Of a stretch of 64,000 nucleotides of DNA, positions 1-12,200 are shown in pieces. The stretch's first letter is position 1. The number at the start of each line of letters is the position of its first letter. Position numbers and translations under genes: made by a program. Below the pieces are notes generated by a model. The model made no database searches. It was not told the DNA's origin and was given only the letters and a program-made list of their open reading frames with translations. The stretch is from Lama guanicoe (Eukaryota). Where the stretch lies: NCBI GenBank assembly GCA_013239625.1, contig MU057344.1, forward strand, positions 1,118,276 through 1,182,275, read 5' to 3'.

Positions 1-33
1 GGAGGCTGTGACTGTGCCCTGCCCCGCCCGCAG

Positions 34-277
34 TCTCCATCGACTCCATCCAGGAGGTGAGCGAGGGGCGGCAGTCAGAGATCTTCCAGCGCCACCCCGA
101 CGGCAGCTTCGACCCCAACTGCTGCTTCAGCATCTACCATGGCAGCCACCGGGAGTCGCTGGACCTGGTCTCGCCCAGCAGGGACGAGGCGCGCACCTGG
201 GTCACCGGCCTACGCTACCTCATGGCCGGCATCCGGGACGAGGACAGCCTAGCGCGCCGCCAGCGCACCAGGGACCA
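34..277 (+). CDS. PLCH2: PLCH2 exon (PH domain, ISIDSIQEV...RQRTRDQ), 244 nt
   Basis: Acceptor CAG 31-33; ends at a non-GT donor ATATCCTT (278-285, U12 type). Confidence 0.93.
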
Positions 278-3200
278 ATATCCTTGGGCGCAGGGCAGGC
301 CCCAGGACGGGCACCCCTGTCCAGCGCGGGTGGGGCTCCCGGCCCTGGCTGGCCCACGGATCTGGGGGCGGGGCTCTTTCCTGCCCGGGGAGAGGGGGGT
401 GGCGGCCCTGCTGGACCCACGTTGGCCCCTAACTTGGCCCCAAAGTGGCTGAAGCAGACGTTTGACGAGGCCGACAAGAACGGGGACGGCAGTCTGAGCA
501 TCGGCGAGGTCCTACAGCTGCTGCACAAGCTGAATGTGAACCTGCCCCGGCAGAGGGTGAAGCAGATGTTCAAGGTGAGGCTGGTGGGGCTGCCCGGGGC
601 CGAGGCCCAGGGATACTGCGCAAGCGAGGGCACCTGGGGCGCAGCTGTGTGTGTCCAGGAGCAGCTGGCCCGGTCCCAGCTGCAGCAAGGGGCGGGGGAG
701 GCAGCTCGGCCAACCATCCTGGGCCTCGGGGGGCGGGCGGTCGGATGCCCCAGGCTGCCACCTCTTGCAGCTGTGCAGGCACCACTGTAGCGGCTCCCAG
801 GGCCTCCCCAGGCCAGTGGCCATCTGGGCAGGCACGGGGTCAGTGAGGGAAGCCACCCACAGGAGGCTGCACCCCTTTCCCGCCCCTCCTACAGCTGCCC
901 GGCCGTCGTGGGCTGCACCGGCCCTGCCCTGTGGGCCGCAGCTCCAGTTTCCCATCCCCGGAGCCTCTGGCCCCCAGCTACCCTGGTGTGAGCACCTAGG
1001 AAGACACATCCGTTAGCTGAGCAGCAGCCCTTACTGTCTGTGATCAGCTTGTCTCGTTCTGGAACCCTTGCTGGAACGGGGGTGGGGGATGCGCGATGCT
1101 GTGTCAGCGGATCCCCGTTCATGGGACTCGGCCAGCAGACCCTGCTCTCCGTCCTCGCTTGTCTTGCTGCTGCCTGGAAAGAGTGTTCCGTGAGCATGAC
1201 CCAGGCCCCACACCCCGACACACACACACGCACGCTCGCTTGCACACACAGCCAACTGCTCCACCGGGCGTGGCCCCTGGAGGCTCCCTCCTGTGCTCTC
1301 ATGATGGGCAGAAGGTCATGCTCAGCTGCTCTGAGCCTCGGGTCTGTGTGCACACGGTGGACTGTGCGGAGGAGCAGGATGCTCTCAGACTGCTGCAGCA
1401 GGACTGGGCTGGGGCTCGCAGGGCCCCTCCTGGAGGCCCCAGGGAGCAGAGCCTGTCTGGGCAGTGAGGAGCAGGCAGACGGCTCAGGCCCACAGAGCAG
1501 CCCACCAGTTCCCTGCCTCCCCTGCCTCCAAGGGCAGCTGTGGGGTCAGCAGCCCCTTCCAGGCCTGTGAAGCTGTGCTGGGCAATAGGCTGTCTTAGGA
1601 CCCGGGGCTCAGATGAGCCTCGGAGGCAGGATGAGAGATGAGGGCCCCTCACAGAGAGGGTGTGAGCCCTTGCTGCCTCCTGGGGCCTGAAGGTCCACTG
1701 TGAAGTCCTGGCTTGAACATGCCCCCTTGGGGTGGGTGTAGCTCAGCGGTAGAGTGCGTACTTAGCACACACAAGGTCCTGGGCTTAATCCCCAGCACCG
1801 CCATCTAGAAAAGAGGGGGAAGCAAATAAACCTAGTTACCTCCCTCCTGCCCCCTCCCCAAAAGTGGTGGAGGTGTTAGTGACGGAGTCTCGACTATGCT
1901 GATGGTTTCACCGGTGCAGACGTCTATCGAAACGCATCAAGTTGTACCTCTGAATTATGTGCAGCTTACTCTGCAGGACTCATGCCACAGTAAAGGTATT
2001 AGAAAATAAATAGCGTGGGAAAAAAGAAAGAAAGAAAATGCCCCCGGCCGGGAGCCCTGGGAAGCCCCTGCCCCTCCTGTGAGGAGGCTGGACTTCCTTC
2101 TCGTGCGCTGTCTAGGCACGGGGGGCTCCCTCAAAGCCCTCTGACCAGCTCCAGGCCTGGCTGTGTCTGGGCTGCATGCAGGCCACCTGGAGGAGGCCTC
2201 TGGGACCTGCAGGCGGGCCAGCTCAGAGCCGGCCCCCGAGAGGCGCGAGCAAGGGCCTGTTGGCCAGGAGCTCCTGACCCCAGACCCTAGGCAGGCGTTG
2301 TCCCCGGTGGCCCCAGGTGCCTAGGCCTCCCTGCCCGTGGGCATGGCTGCCCCTGCAGACACTCTGGAGCCCAGGGACGCAGGGGAGACCTCCAGCCGGC
2401 CAAGTGGCTCTGATAATTAGCATCAATTTTATTGTCGAGAAATCTCAGTATCGTTCCCCCTGCCTTGAGCTGCCTAATCAAAGGAGAGGTCACTGTGGTG
2501 GGCAAAAGGGCGTAATTTTGTTAAGTCTAAAACCCCAGTGCGGGGGAGGCGTGGCCTAGCCTGGCCCTGGCCCTGGCCCTCACCCTAGTGGGTGCCCTGG
2601 GCCGGCTCTGAGCCCAGCTCAGCAGAGCGGCTCCGGCCGGTGGGTGCTTTCAGCCGTGGCGGTCTCCTTTGTGGGGAGAAGAGCGCAGAGCCTGTGGAGG
2701 GTGTTTCTGGGGCTGAGGGGCCAGGTCCGTCCTCTCGGGCTCCTGGGGGCCTCTCATCACAGAGCATTTTGAGTCGCCGCCTCGGACGTGCCGCTTGCAG
2801 AGCCCAGTGGGAGGCCGGGGCGGCCTGCGGGCATCTCTGCCCAGCTCCAGCCACGGCCCCCGGGGAGGGCTACCAGCCCGGTTCTGTCCCAAAGAGCCCT
2901 TGACCCTCAGTGAGGGCCCTTCCCTGTCCATCCTGCCAGCTCTTGGACACAGGGCTGCCCTCAAACCTGGAATGGATACTGGGGTCCTTGTCTGGCCTCT
3001 GCTGGGCCCTGGAGCAGGTGGCTGTGGGCCAGCCCCTCCTACCACCTGGCCCTGTCCCAGCCTCAGCACGGGCACCTGGAGAGGGCACTCCGGCCCTGGA
3101 GTGAGACGCTGGGGTCCTGCTGGGTGCCCACCTCAGTGCCAGGCCACAGTGCGGGGCAAAGATGGCAGCCAGGAGCGCCTTCCAGGGCTGGCCTTCCAGG

Positions 3201-6200
3201 GAGCCTCTCTGGGGTCGGGGACATGGGGCTGGCTGTGGCCTTCCGGCTTCGACGCAGGCTGCCCTCGGGAGGCTTGGAGGCAGGCAGGTGGGGTCTGTGT
3301 TAACAGGTCACTCAGTGGCTCCTTGGTGGGAGAGTCAGAGGGGAGCCCAGTGCAGACGGCACTGCGGGGCTTGGCGAGCACCCATGAGCCCACGACGTGG
3401 GTAGTGACATTGGAAGGGGGCGGGGGCAACGTGACTCAGGGTGGACCGGAGGCCCCCTCGTGGTCGGGGCCCAAGGTGGGACACTTGGGGACCCAGAGGC
3501 CTCCCCTTACAGGAAGCAGACACGGACGACCAGCAGGGGGCGCTGGGCTTCGAGGAGTTCTGCGCCTTCTACAAGGCGATGTCCACCCGCCGGGACCTCT
3601 ACCTGCTCATGCTGGCCCACAGCGGCCACAAGGACCACCTGGATGCTGCCGACCTGCAGCGCTTCCTGGAAGTGGAGCAGAAGGTGCGGGCTCCCCAGCA
3701 GGAGCGGTGGTCCTGGGGGACGTGGCCTCACCTCATTTGGGCATTTGCGTCCGTCCGTGGTGTGGCTGAGGGCTGGGGGAAGGGTGGGCACCAGCCTGGC
3801 ACTCGAGGTCCCCTTACTGGACCTGCCTTGCTTCCCGTTGTGGCCCCGCCAGCCTGTTCCAGGGTGTGTCCCACAGGAGCCACGAGCAGGTGGGGAAGGT
3901 GGGCGGCCCAGCCTGACCGTGGCCCCCTGGAGCTCCCAGAGGGGAGCCCGCGGTCCTGTTTTAGTGTTGAGCATCTCCTGGGACCAGGGTTCCATGGCCC
4001 AGCCTTCCCACCAAGTCCTGCCATGGGGGCCCAGGTCACGCCCAGAGCCCTGGGCCCACTCCCCTCAAACGCTTGTCCAGCAGACACACAGAGGGCTCTG
4101 GGGCTGGCAGGGTGTCCTGTCTATTTCCCTTGACTCTGAGCTGCTTCCTGGGCTCTGCCTCTCTTGTCCTGGGCCTGGGCAGTGACCAGGTCCTGCCCAT
4201 TCCGGTGGACGGAGGCTGGCAGTCTGTGGTGGGGGAGGGGAGGCATGCTCAGACCTCAGACAGCATGCGGCCCTACCCCCAGGCTGAGAGGGAGTAACTC
4301 CTGGGACCCTCACCGACCCACTTTTGGGTGAGAGTGGAATTTAGGGGCAACCTTCAGGCCCCCCGCTGTCTCTGGGAGCAGACAGCCTCGGGGGACTGCT
4401 CAGGGCCCTCCACCGCTCCCTTCGCCTCCACGGCTGCCACTGGGCCCCTGGGCAGGGCTGGGGGCTGGGCACTGGGAGCAGCGGCTGGACGCTGCGGGAC
4501 CCAGGCTGGTCTGGGTGCTGTCTGTCCGGGACCTGCCCTCACCAGGGCCCCACGAGGCCGCACCAAACCCAGGGCCTGACTCAGGGGCTGTCTCCCCAGA
4601 ATGTGCTTTCAAGGTCCCTCAGTCTTCTGGGGCTCTGTTCCTGTGGCAGCCCACCTGCCTCCCCCCAGTCGTGCTTGCCCAGGTGGGAGATGCTCAGGGC
4701 AACTCGCTCCCAGCCTGGCCACTGGAGTGCGGCTGGGGGCCTCTGTCCCAACAGCTGGTGCACTTAGGGTGGGGAGAAGGAAAGCGGCTTGGTTTGGGAC
4801 GGGCAGAACTGACCCACCCGTTGCTCCCCGACCTTCGCCCTAAGCTTTGCAGAACTACCCCCCCAGTCTGCGGCCAAAGCTGTCCACCAGCTGGGTGGCT
4901 GGAGCTCTGACCCCTGGACTCTGGACCTCTGGGGGCCACAGCTGCTCCGAGCTCTGGCCTCATTTGCCCTTTCGCCTCCACTGCCCATACCCACCCCCTC
5001 ATTCCTGATGGCCAGGAGGCCCCGTTGGTGGGCCTGCCTCCGGGAGCTGGGGGCTCCCGGCCTGGGCTGCACTGCGGGGCACTGGGAGGTCGCTCAGCCT
5101 CTGATGTGCAGATGGGCACAGCCGCTGTGGCTTGGCTGCCACGTGCAGCCTTCTCGCCGGGGACTTGGGCAGGCAGCAGGGGGCCAGGAGAGCCGCCCGG
5201 GTTCTTCCAAGGTGGGCTGTGGGGCCGGGCTCTCCTGCGCCTTCTCCCACCAGGCCTGCTCCCTGCTGGCCCACCCTGGTCCACGGTTCTCAGGACCCCT
5301 CACACAGCGGGGTGGGGGGTGGCCCAGCTGAGGAGGCCACAGACCCCTCCCCTGCCGAGGACCGCAGTGGCGCCAGCTCTTCCAAAGCCATGTGACCCAC
5401 TGGTAGTCTGCTGGCTCCTGAGTCTCTGGTGACGATGAGGGTGGCCAGTGAGCCCCCAGAGCGGGTAGCACGCTGCAGCGACCAGAGCCTCAGCCTCCTG
5501 TGGTCAGCCCCATGCGATACGGTGGTCAGAGAGCAGGCGGAAGGCAGTGGCTGTTCTGGAGCAGGGTGAGGGGCTACCTGGGGCTGGCCAGGGCCAGAGA
5601 TGGGCCAGCCTGGGCTCAAGCCCCTTCTCTGGCCTAGATGACGGGTGTGACTCTTGAGAGCTGCCGCGACATCATTGAGCAGTTTGAGCCCTGCCCAGAG
5701 AACAAGAGGAAGGGGACAATGGGCATTGATGGTGAGTGGGTGCGCGCTGGGCCAGCCTTCCTGCCGGGCCCGCTGGGTGCTGATGGGCGGCCTGTGTGCA
5801 AATCCACGTGGCGTGGGGTGGGGGTCCTGGGATGAGCCCGGCGGTGGGACCGACATGCAGGGGCTGAGCCCCTTCGCGTCCTGCTGTGTTCCCTCGGCAG
5901 GCTTCACCAACTACACACGGAGCCCCGCCGGCGACATCTTCAACCCAGAGCATCACCACGTGCACCAGGACATGACGCGGCCACTGAGCCACTACTTCAT
6001 CACCTCCTCTCACAACACCTACCTCGTGGGCGACCAGCTCATGTCCCAGTCGAGGGTAGACATGTATGCCTGGGTCCTGCAGGCCGGCTGCCGCTGCGTG
6101 GAGGGTGAGTGCTGCGGGCTCTGGGATCCCGCGCCCCCTGTCAGCCCAGGGGGCTGGGCCTGGGCCCTGGGCCGACATCTCCTGTGGGAGGTGGGGCGGC

Positions 6201-9200
6201 CCTGAAGAGCCCTCTGGAGTCTCTGGGCAGGGGCTGGGATAGGCTTCTCCTGCCGAAACAAGGGGCTGCCTCCCACTAGAGTCCACAGGCTGGGAGTCTC
6301 TGGGGGTTGGCGGTCAGGCCCCTGGAGCTGACCGAGGTCTGCCTGCCGACAGTGGACTGCTGGGATGGGCCTGATGGGGAGCCCATTGTGCACCACGGCT
6401 ACACCCTGACCTCCAAGATCCTATTCAAAGACGTCATTGAAACCATCAACAAATATGCCTTCGTCAAGAACGAGTGAGTGGTGGGCCTAGGGGGCGGGCC
6501 CAGGGGGGTGGGGGGAGGGGCGCCAGGGGCTCTTCCCACCCCTCCCCCACGTCCTTTGGGGCAAGCAGTGGCTGTAGTGGCCGAGGGGCTGGTTACTGGG
6601 TTTCTTGTTGAGGATGAAGGGCAGGGAAAGGTAGGCGATGGGTGCTGGAGTAACAGCATGACAAGCTGGGGCCATACAGAGTGTGTGTCAGCAGCCCCCA
6701 TCCACACCCACGTCGGGGCAACCCCTGGGGTCTGATGCCTGCAACATGGTGGCTCTGGCATGAGCTGCCCTTAAGAAGCTACATCCAGACTCAGTTTGCT
6801 GTGGCTATAGGCCCCGTGGGACAGAACCCAGTTTCATTTCTGGAAATAGAAGATGGGCTTCCCTCACTGTTAGTTGCCTCCAAGTCTGCTCAGCGAGGCC
6901 AAGAATGAAGGAGGGAGGAGAAGCAAGGCTGAATTAAGAAACAGAAACAGAGAGGCCCCTCTAGGAGGATCCGGCCCAGGCTCTGGGAGTGGGAGAGAGC
7001 CTGGCCTCTGGAATTGCTGGTGAGGGGGGCATCTCAGGGCAGGGGGCTGGGACCCACAGGTCTCCTGTAGCTGCCGAGGAGCCAGGGGCCTGCTGGGGTC
7101 TCAGGGTGGGGCTTGTGCCTTACCTGCCAGCACAATCTTCTCAGGCACGGGGTTCCCCCGGACCTCAGTCCCTTGCCTGAGAAATGGGGAGATGAGCACC
7201 TTTGCCCCACGCCCTGCCTCTCTGTATCACGGGGCTCGCCCATCTCTTGCTCTAGTTTATGACTTGTAGGTTGGAGTCACTTACCTTTTCTAAAAGTATC
7301 ACATTGCTTTTTGGCAAAACCCCAAGTAAATGTACACATGGCTGAAAAAATAACTGAAGAAGTTATCATGAAAATCCCCATGCTGCACTGCACTCCTCAT
7401 CCTGTACCATGCAGGCAGTAGTGGTGTTCCCCCCAGATTGTGTGTGCCAGGCTATGGGGGGCCAATGTTGGGACCCCAGGGCCATGCACAGGACAGTGTC
7501 TCCAGTAACTAGGTGAATGGGATTATCTTTCTCACAGTTGATCCATTGTTCCACGTTGCGCCTCATTTTAGTTCACATCATTTTTAAACCCTGACTTGCT
7601 TGAATGCTTCCTTTAGTTTTTCACGGAGTTTCTATTGCCTTTGTTTTTCTCATTGGGAGGAGTGCACGTCTTCTTCACCCACCCCTAAGATCTCCCAGCT
7701 TCCTTCCCACACACTCAGTTGCTTTTGAAAGCCATGACAGCCCCCTCCCAGAGTGGCTGGCAGCCCCTTCTATCTTGGGCTCCTGGTGAAGATCCCTCCT
7801 CATTCAGTGGTGCAGGTGGCCTGGGGTCCTACATCGGTGGGGCCTAGCCTTCCCCTGGCCTCACCCTGCTCCTTCCACCTTGGGGCCAGGTATCCAGTGA
7901 TCTTGTCCATTGAGAACCACTGCAGTGTCATCCAGCAGAAGAAGATGGCCCAGTATCTGACCGACATCCTTGGGGACAAGCTGGACTTGTCATCAGTGAC
8001 CAGTGAGGATGCCACCATGCTACCGTCTCCACAGATGCTCAAGGGCAAGATCCTGGTGAAGGTGAGCCCCTGCCTGCCCCTCCCGGGGCTGAGCCTCTGA
8101 CCTCTGACTGGGGACCTGGGGTCAGGTCAGGTGTAGGACCTTGCTCCAGCCAGGCTAGGGTTCCACACGACCTGTGGTAGATTTGAGGGATCAGGGCAAT
8201 CCCTGCCCCTGGCCTGTCTTCAGTCTCCCACGGTGACCACTCAGTCTGGGGCCCTCCTCCGGACTCCTGGCGTTTCCCTTCCTGCCATAGGGAGGTGTGG
8301 GCTGGCCCTGCCCCGGCCTGAGATCCACAAGGAAGCTTGGCAAAGGCTCCTACCCTTTGCCGCTGCTCCCGCACTTCCTGTAGGGCCCCTCCCATGGCCC
8401 ACCTCCTCCCCCAGGGCAAGAAGCTGCCCGCCAACATCAGCGAGGATGCTGAGGAGGGCGAGGTGTCTGACGAGGACAGCGCAGATGAGATCGACGATGA
8501 CTGCAAGCTCCTCGATGGGGATGTGAGTGGGGGCGGGGCCTCCTTGAGGGCAGGGGAGCTGTGGCAAGGCTGGGCGAGGGCCACTGGGCAGATTCTGAGG
8601 GTGATTTGCAAGCTGCCAGACTGCTGGGCGTGCACTGGGCCTGGGCCTGGCGCCCCTGCCTGCGTCCCCCACTCTGTCAGGAGCTCCGAGCTGCTGGGCC
8701 GGGGCTGGGAACTGCGCTCCGGGCTGTGGAGTCAGCAGCAAAGAGCTGGAGGGGCCCTCTAGTTAGCATCTTCCCTCCTCTGGGCGCTGTAAAGGCATTA
8801 TTTCTCCCTGAGGGGCCATCGGGTGGGAAAATCGCCGTGCAGGAGCGTTCCCGGCCAGACGGGCTGATTGTTTTAGAAACTGAGGCAGCAGACCCGTCCT
8901 GCTCTGGGCGTGCCTGCTCGGTCTCTGCCGGGCCGGAGGCGAGGTAAACCCCTCTCTGTGATGTGCACCTCGCACCCACTCCAGCCTGGGCGTACCCTGG
9001 GCTCTGCCTGGAGGAGTCCAGGTTTGTCAAGGCCACACTGGGGGCTGTCTCAGACAGTGAGGGTGCCTGGAGGCTCCCCAGGCCAGCCCCTGGCACCGGC
9101 CCACCAGGCGGGCTGCACCCACCCCCATCCATCTCCTCGAGGCACATAGTGGCTGGTGGGGGGGTTCCCAGATCCTGAGCTCCTAAGCAGCTCTCAGAGC

Positions 9201-12200
9201 CCAGAGTGGCCGCCGGGCGCCGATGAGCGGTCTGCTGGGCCCTATGGGCAGCACTGTGCAGCCCGGGGAGGCAGGTGTCAGGGTGGACAGGCCTGGGCCC
9301 AGGGCCTGCTCAGCACCATCTGTGGTCCTGGGGGCAAACCACATCCCGAGAGGCAGATGGCGTGAGGACCAGCAGCGGGACGCAGGTAGGAGTCGGTGGC
9401 CAGCGCGGGTGTCAGTCCAGGTGGGATGGCGCTGGCCCCGCTCCCAGCAGGCCCCTGCGGCCCTGCCCGAGACCCCAGGGTCTGTCGCCACTGCTGCCCG
9501 CATGGCTGAGCACCGAGGCTGAGCCCTGGCTGGCTGGCTTCTGCAGGGCTCCACCAATCGGAAGCGCGTCGAAAACATTGCCAAGAGGAAACTGGATTCC
9601 CTACTGAAGGAGTCGAAGATTCGGGACTGTGAGGACCCGAGCGACTTCACCGTGTCCACACTGCCCCAGCCTGGGAAACTCGGGCACAGGGCAGAAGCCA
9701 AAAAGGTGAGACCTCTGAGGCCAGCGGGGTCAGCCCGTGGCTGGGCCGGGCCCTGGGGCACACGGCCTGTGCACAGCTACGCCCACACGCATACTGGAAC
9801 CTGTATGGAACCCGCACGCACACACCTGCCCACTGCTGCTCTTTCTGCCCAAGGACCCCCTGAACACCTGGCTGTTCCGACTCTCATCATGAGGGACCCA
9901 CAGCCGTCACCGTGTCACAAGGCAGGTGGCCAGGCAGGGGCTGGCCGTCTGTGTGGCTGATGATCTGACCTCTGGAGGCCTGCACCCTCCCCTAGCCGTG
10001 GGCAGGAGAGGCGGCCACAGGGTCCTGCCCCTCCTTGCAGAAGAGCCTAGAGCACAGCCTGGGGCCAGAGGCCAGGCCCCACCCACCCGGGAGCCGGGTC
10101 AGTCCTGGGCCGCTGTCCTGATGCTCCTGCACGGAGGCCCCCAGGGAAGCTCTGGGAAGGACCCCCATGGAGAGAGTGCTGTGGGGCTGTCATGGCAGGT
10201 GTGAAGCGTGGGGCGCCTCGGGCTGGGTCAGTGACACTGAGCAGTTGGGGTGCAGCTGGAGGGGGCCCAGCAAACACCGAAGGGCGGTCAGGTTAGCTGA
10301 GTGGCCTCAGGGGTGGTGGTGGGTGCTGGTTGGCCCTGCAGACCCCATTTTGCAGGTGAGCAGGGCTGGGGAGTGTTGCCCTGTTCTTGGGGGGCCCGGT
10401 GGTACCTCTAGTGCGACCCCCCATTGTCCAGGTTCTGGGGGGCCTGGGAAGGTGGCTTCTCCCGGGCTGGGTGAGTAGGGTGCTGGGTGCCTCCAGGACA
10501 GTATTTTTGGATGTGGGTGTTTGTGTCCCACCCATGGGGGCACAAGGGGTAGCTGGCACCCCCGGAAATGTGAGGGTGGCTGTGTGGTGGGTCCCGCTGG
10601 CCCCGTGCCGACGGGCGGTTGGTTATTTTCAGTCCCGCGCTGGCTAGGCAGGTGAACGCAGGGCGCCTGTGGCCCTGGCGGGCAGGCGGGCAGCATGTGC
10701 GGCATGGCGCGGCCGGCCGTGGGGACGACGTGAGGTCTCTGCTTACACCCGGCTCGGGGCGTGGGCACCCAGGAGGGCAGTCTGGACCCAGGACCTCATG
10801 TCTGTGTGGCCTCCTGTGTGCGGGACAACGGGCGCTCAGGGAAGCTACCAGGTGTGGGAGCTGACTGGGCAGCAGGGAACCCCACCCCATCCCTGCCCCC
10901 ACAGCATCACCAGCCACCCCTCCACCCTGCTCGGACAGGGGCAGAGGGGCAAGGGGGCTGGAGCCACGGGGTTCTCTGAGGGGAGCATCTGGGCAGCAGG
11001 TTTGTGGACACGACCCGAGGCCATGGCCCCCCTGTCCCTGGGCCCTAGTGAGGGTCCCTGTGGGAGGGGGCAGGAGGCCCGGGGTGCAGCTGGAGTGGCT
11101 ATCTGGAGGCAAAGAAGCAATGGACGGGCAAGGGATGGACGCCCGTCTGCAGTGCCGGGCACAACTCCAGGGGACTTTGGTGCTGTCCCAGGAAAAGCCC
11201 GCTCCTCTTTGGGGGACCCAGCCCCCAGGTGAGGTCAGGACTAGACCGTCTCAGTCAGAACGCGCCTGCCGGGCCTGGCCCCGCAAGCTGCCCTCTGTCT
11301 GAGGCGCAGACACTTCTCGGTGAGCAGAGGTGCCCTGGGCGCTGTGTCCTGGGTGGGAGGGCCCTGCTGCCTCACCCCCTGAGGGGGGCGAGGTGGGGCC
11401 CGCCTCCCCTGCCGGCTCGCTATGTGTGGGGCTGACAGCGGATTCCAGCCATGGGCCCAACACTTCCTCAGGATGGTGGTGGTGCCCAGACTGATGGGTG
11501 CTCGTGTGCATTGTGACAGCGATGCTTCAGGCGATGGTTAAAGGGCTGAGAAGCATGTCCACCTCTTCCGGTGCCAAACTCACCGTGAACAGGGCCTCCA
11601 GCACCTGCCAGCAGCGGCGTTCCCCTCTAGGCATGAGGAGGGAAGCCGGGGGCCCCGGGAGAGAGACAGCCCTAAAAGCAGGTGGAAACACACGCATGTG
11701 GTCCTGGGTTCAATACCCAGTGCTTCCATTAAGAAAGAATAATCATAGGAGGAGAAAAATAAAAGGAGAGAAAAAGAAGCAGGTGGGACCGGACAGTCCT
11801 GAGCACGTCGGTTATGGCACCTGTGCCTCGGGCTCCGGACCAGCGCCTGTTCGTGCAGCACCAAGCCCGAGGGGCACGGCGGGGCAGCCCGGGTCCGAGG
11901 TAGGAGCCAGAGAGGCGCCCGTCCTGACCCCGCAGAGGGCAAAGGATGGGAGTGAGCAGCGTGGGCTGAGCTGCTCCTCAGAGCGGGAGTGGACAGGGGT
12001 CCGTGGAGTGGTGGGAGCTCAGGGTTGGCAGACGCTGCCAGGCATTGTCTCGAGCCAGGTCCTCCCTTTCCCAGCTTGTGAGCTGAGGAGATGTCCAGGT
12101 AATGGGCCCTGTGGCTGCCCCGCCCTCTGCCGTCGGGACAGATGCTGACGCCTCTGCTGGGCACAGGGCTGGGGGGAGGCGGGGCTGGCATCCCCAGCCC

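Noticed and set aside
1729-1802. tRNA-like sequence (also at 32131-32195)
   Set aside because: Degenerate stems and B box, followed by a SINE tail and target-site duplication, so these are SINE heads and not tRNA genes.
2795-3769. 324-aa ORF and many other 100-400 aa ORFs in the track (for example 11580-12548, 12864-14090, 48260-49372)
   Set aside because: Pro/Gly/Arg/Ala-rich products expected by chance at this GC content; many start at non-ATG codons or span N gaps; only the exon-matching parts are credible.
8822-8855. Possible paired RBPJ site GGTGGGAA ... TTCCCGGC
   Set aside because: The spacer is 18 nt and both halves are degenerate, outside the usual 15-17 bp geometry.
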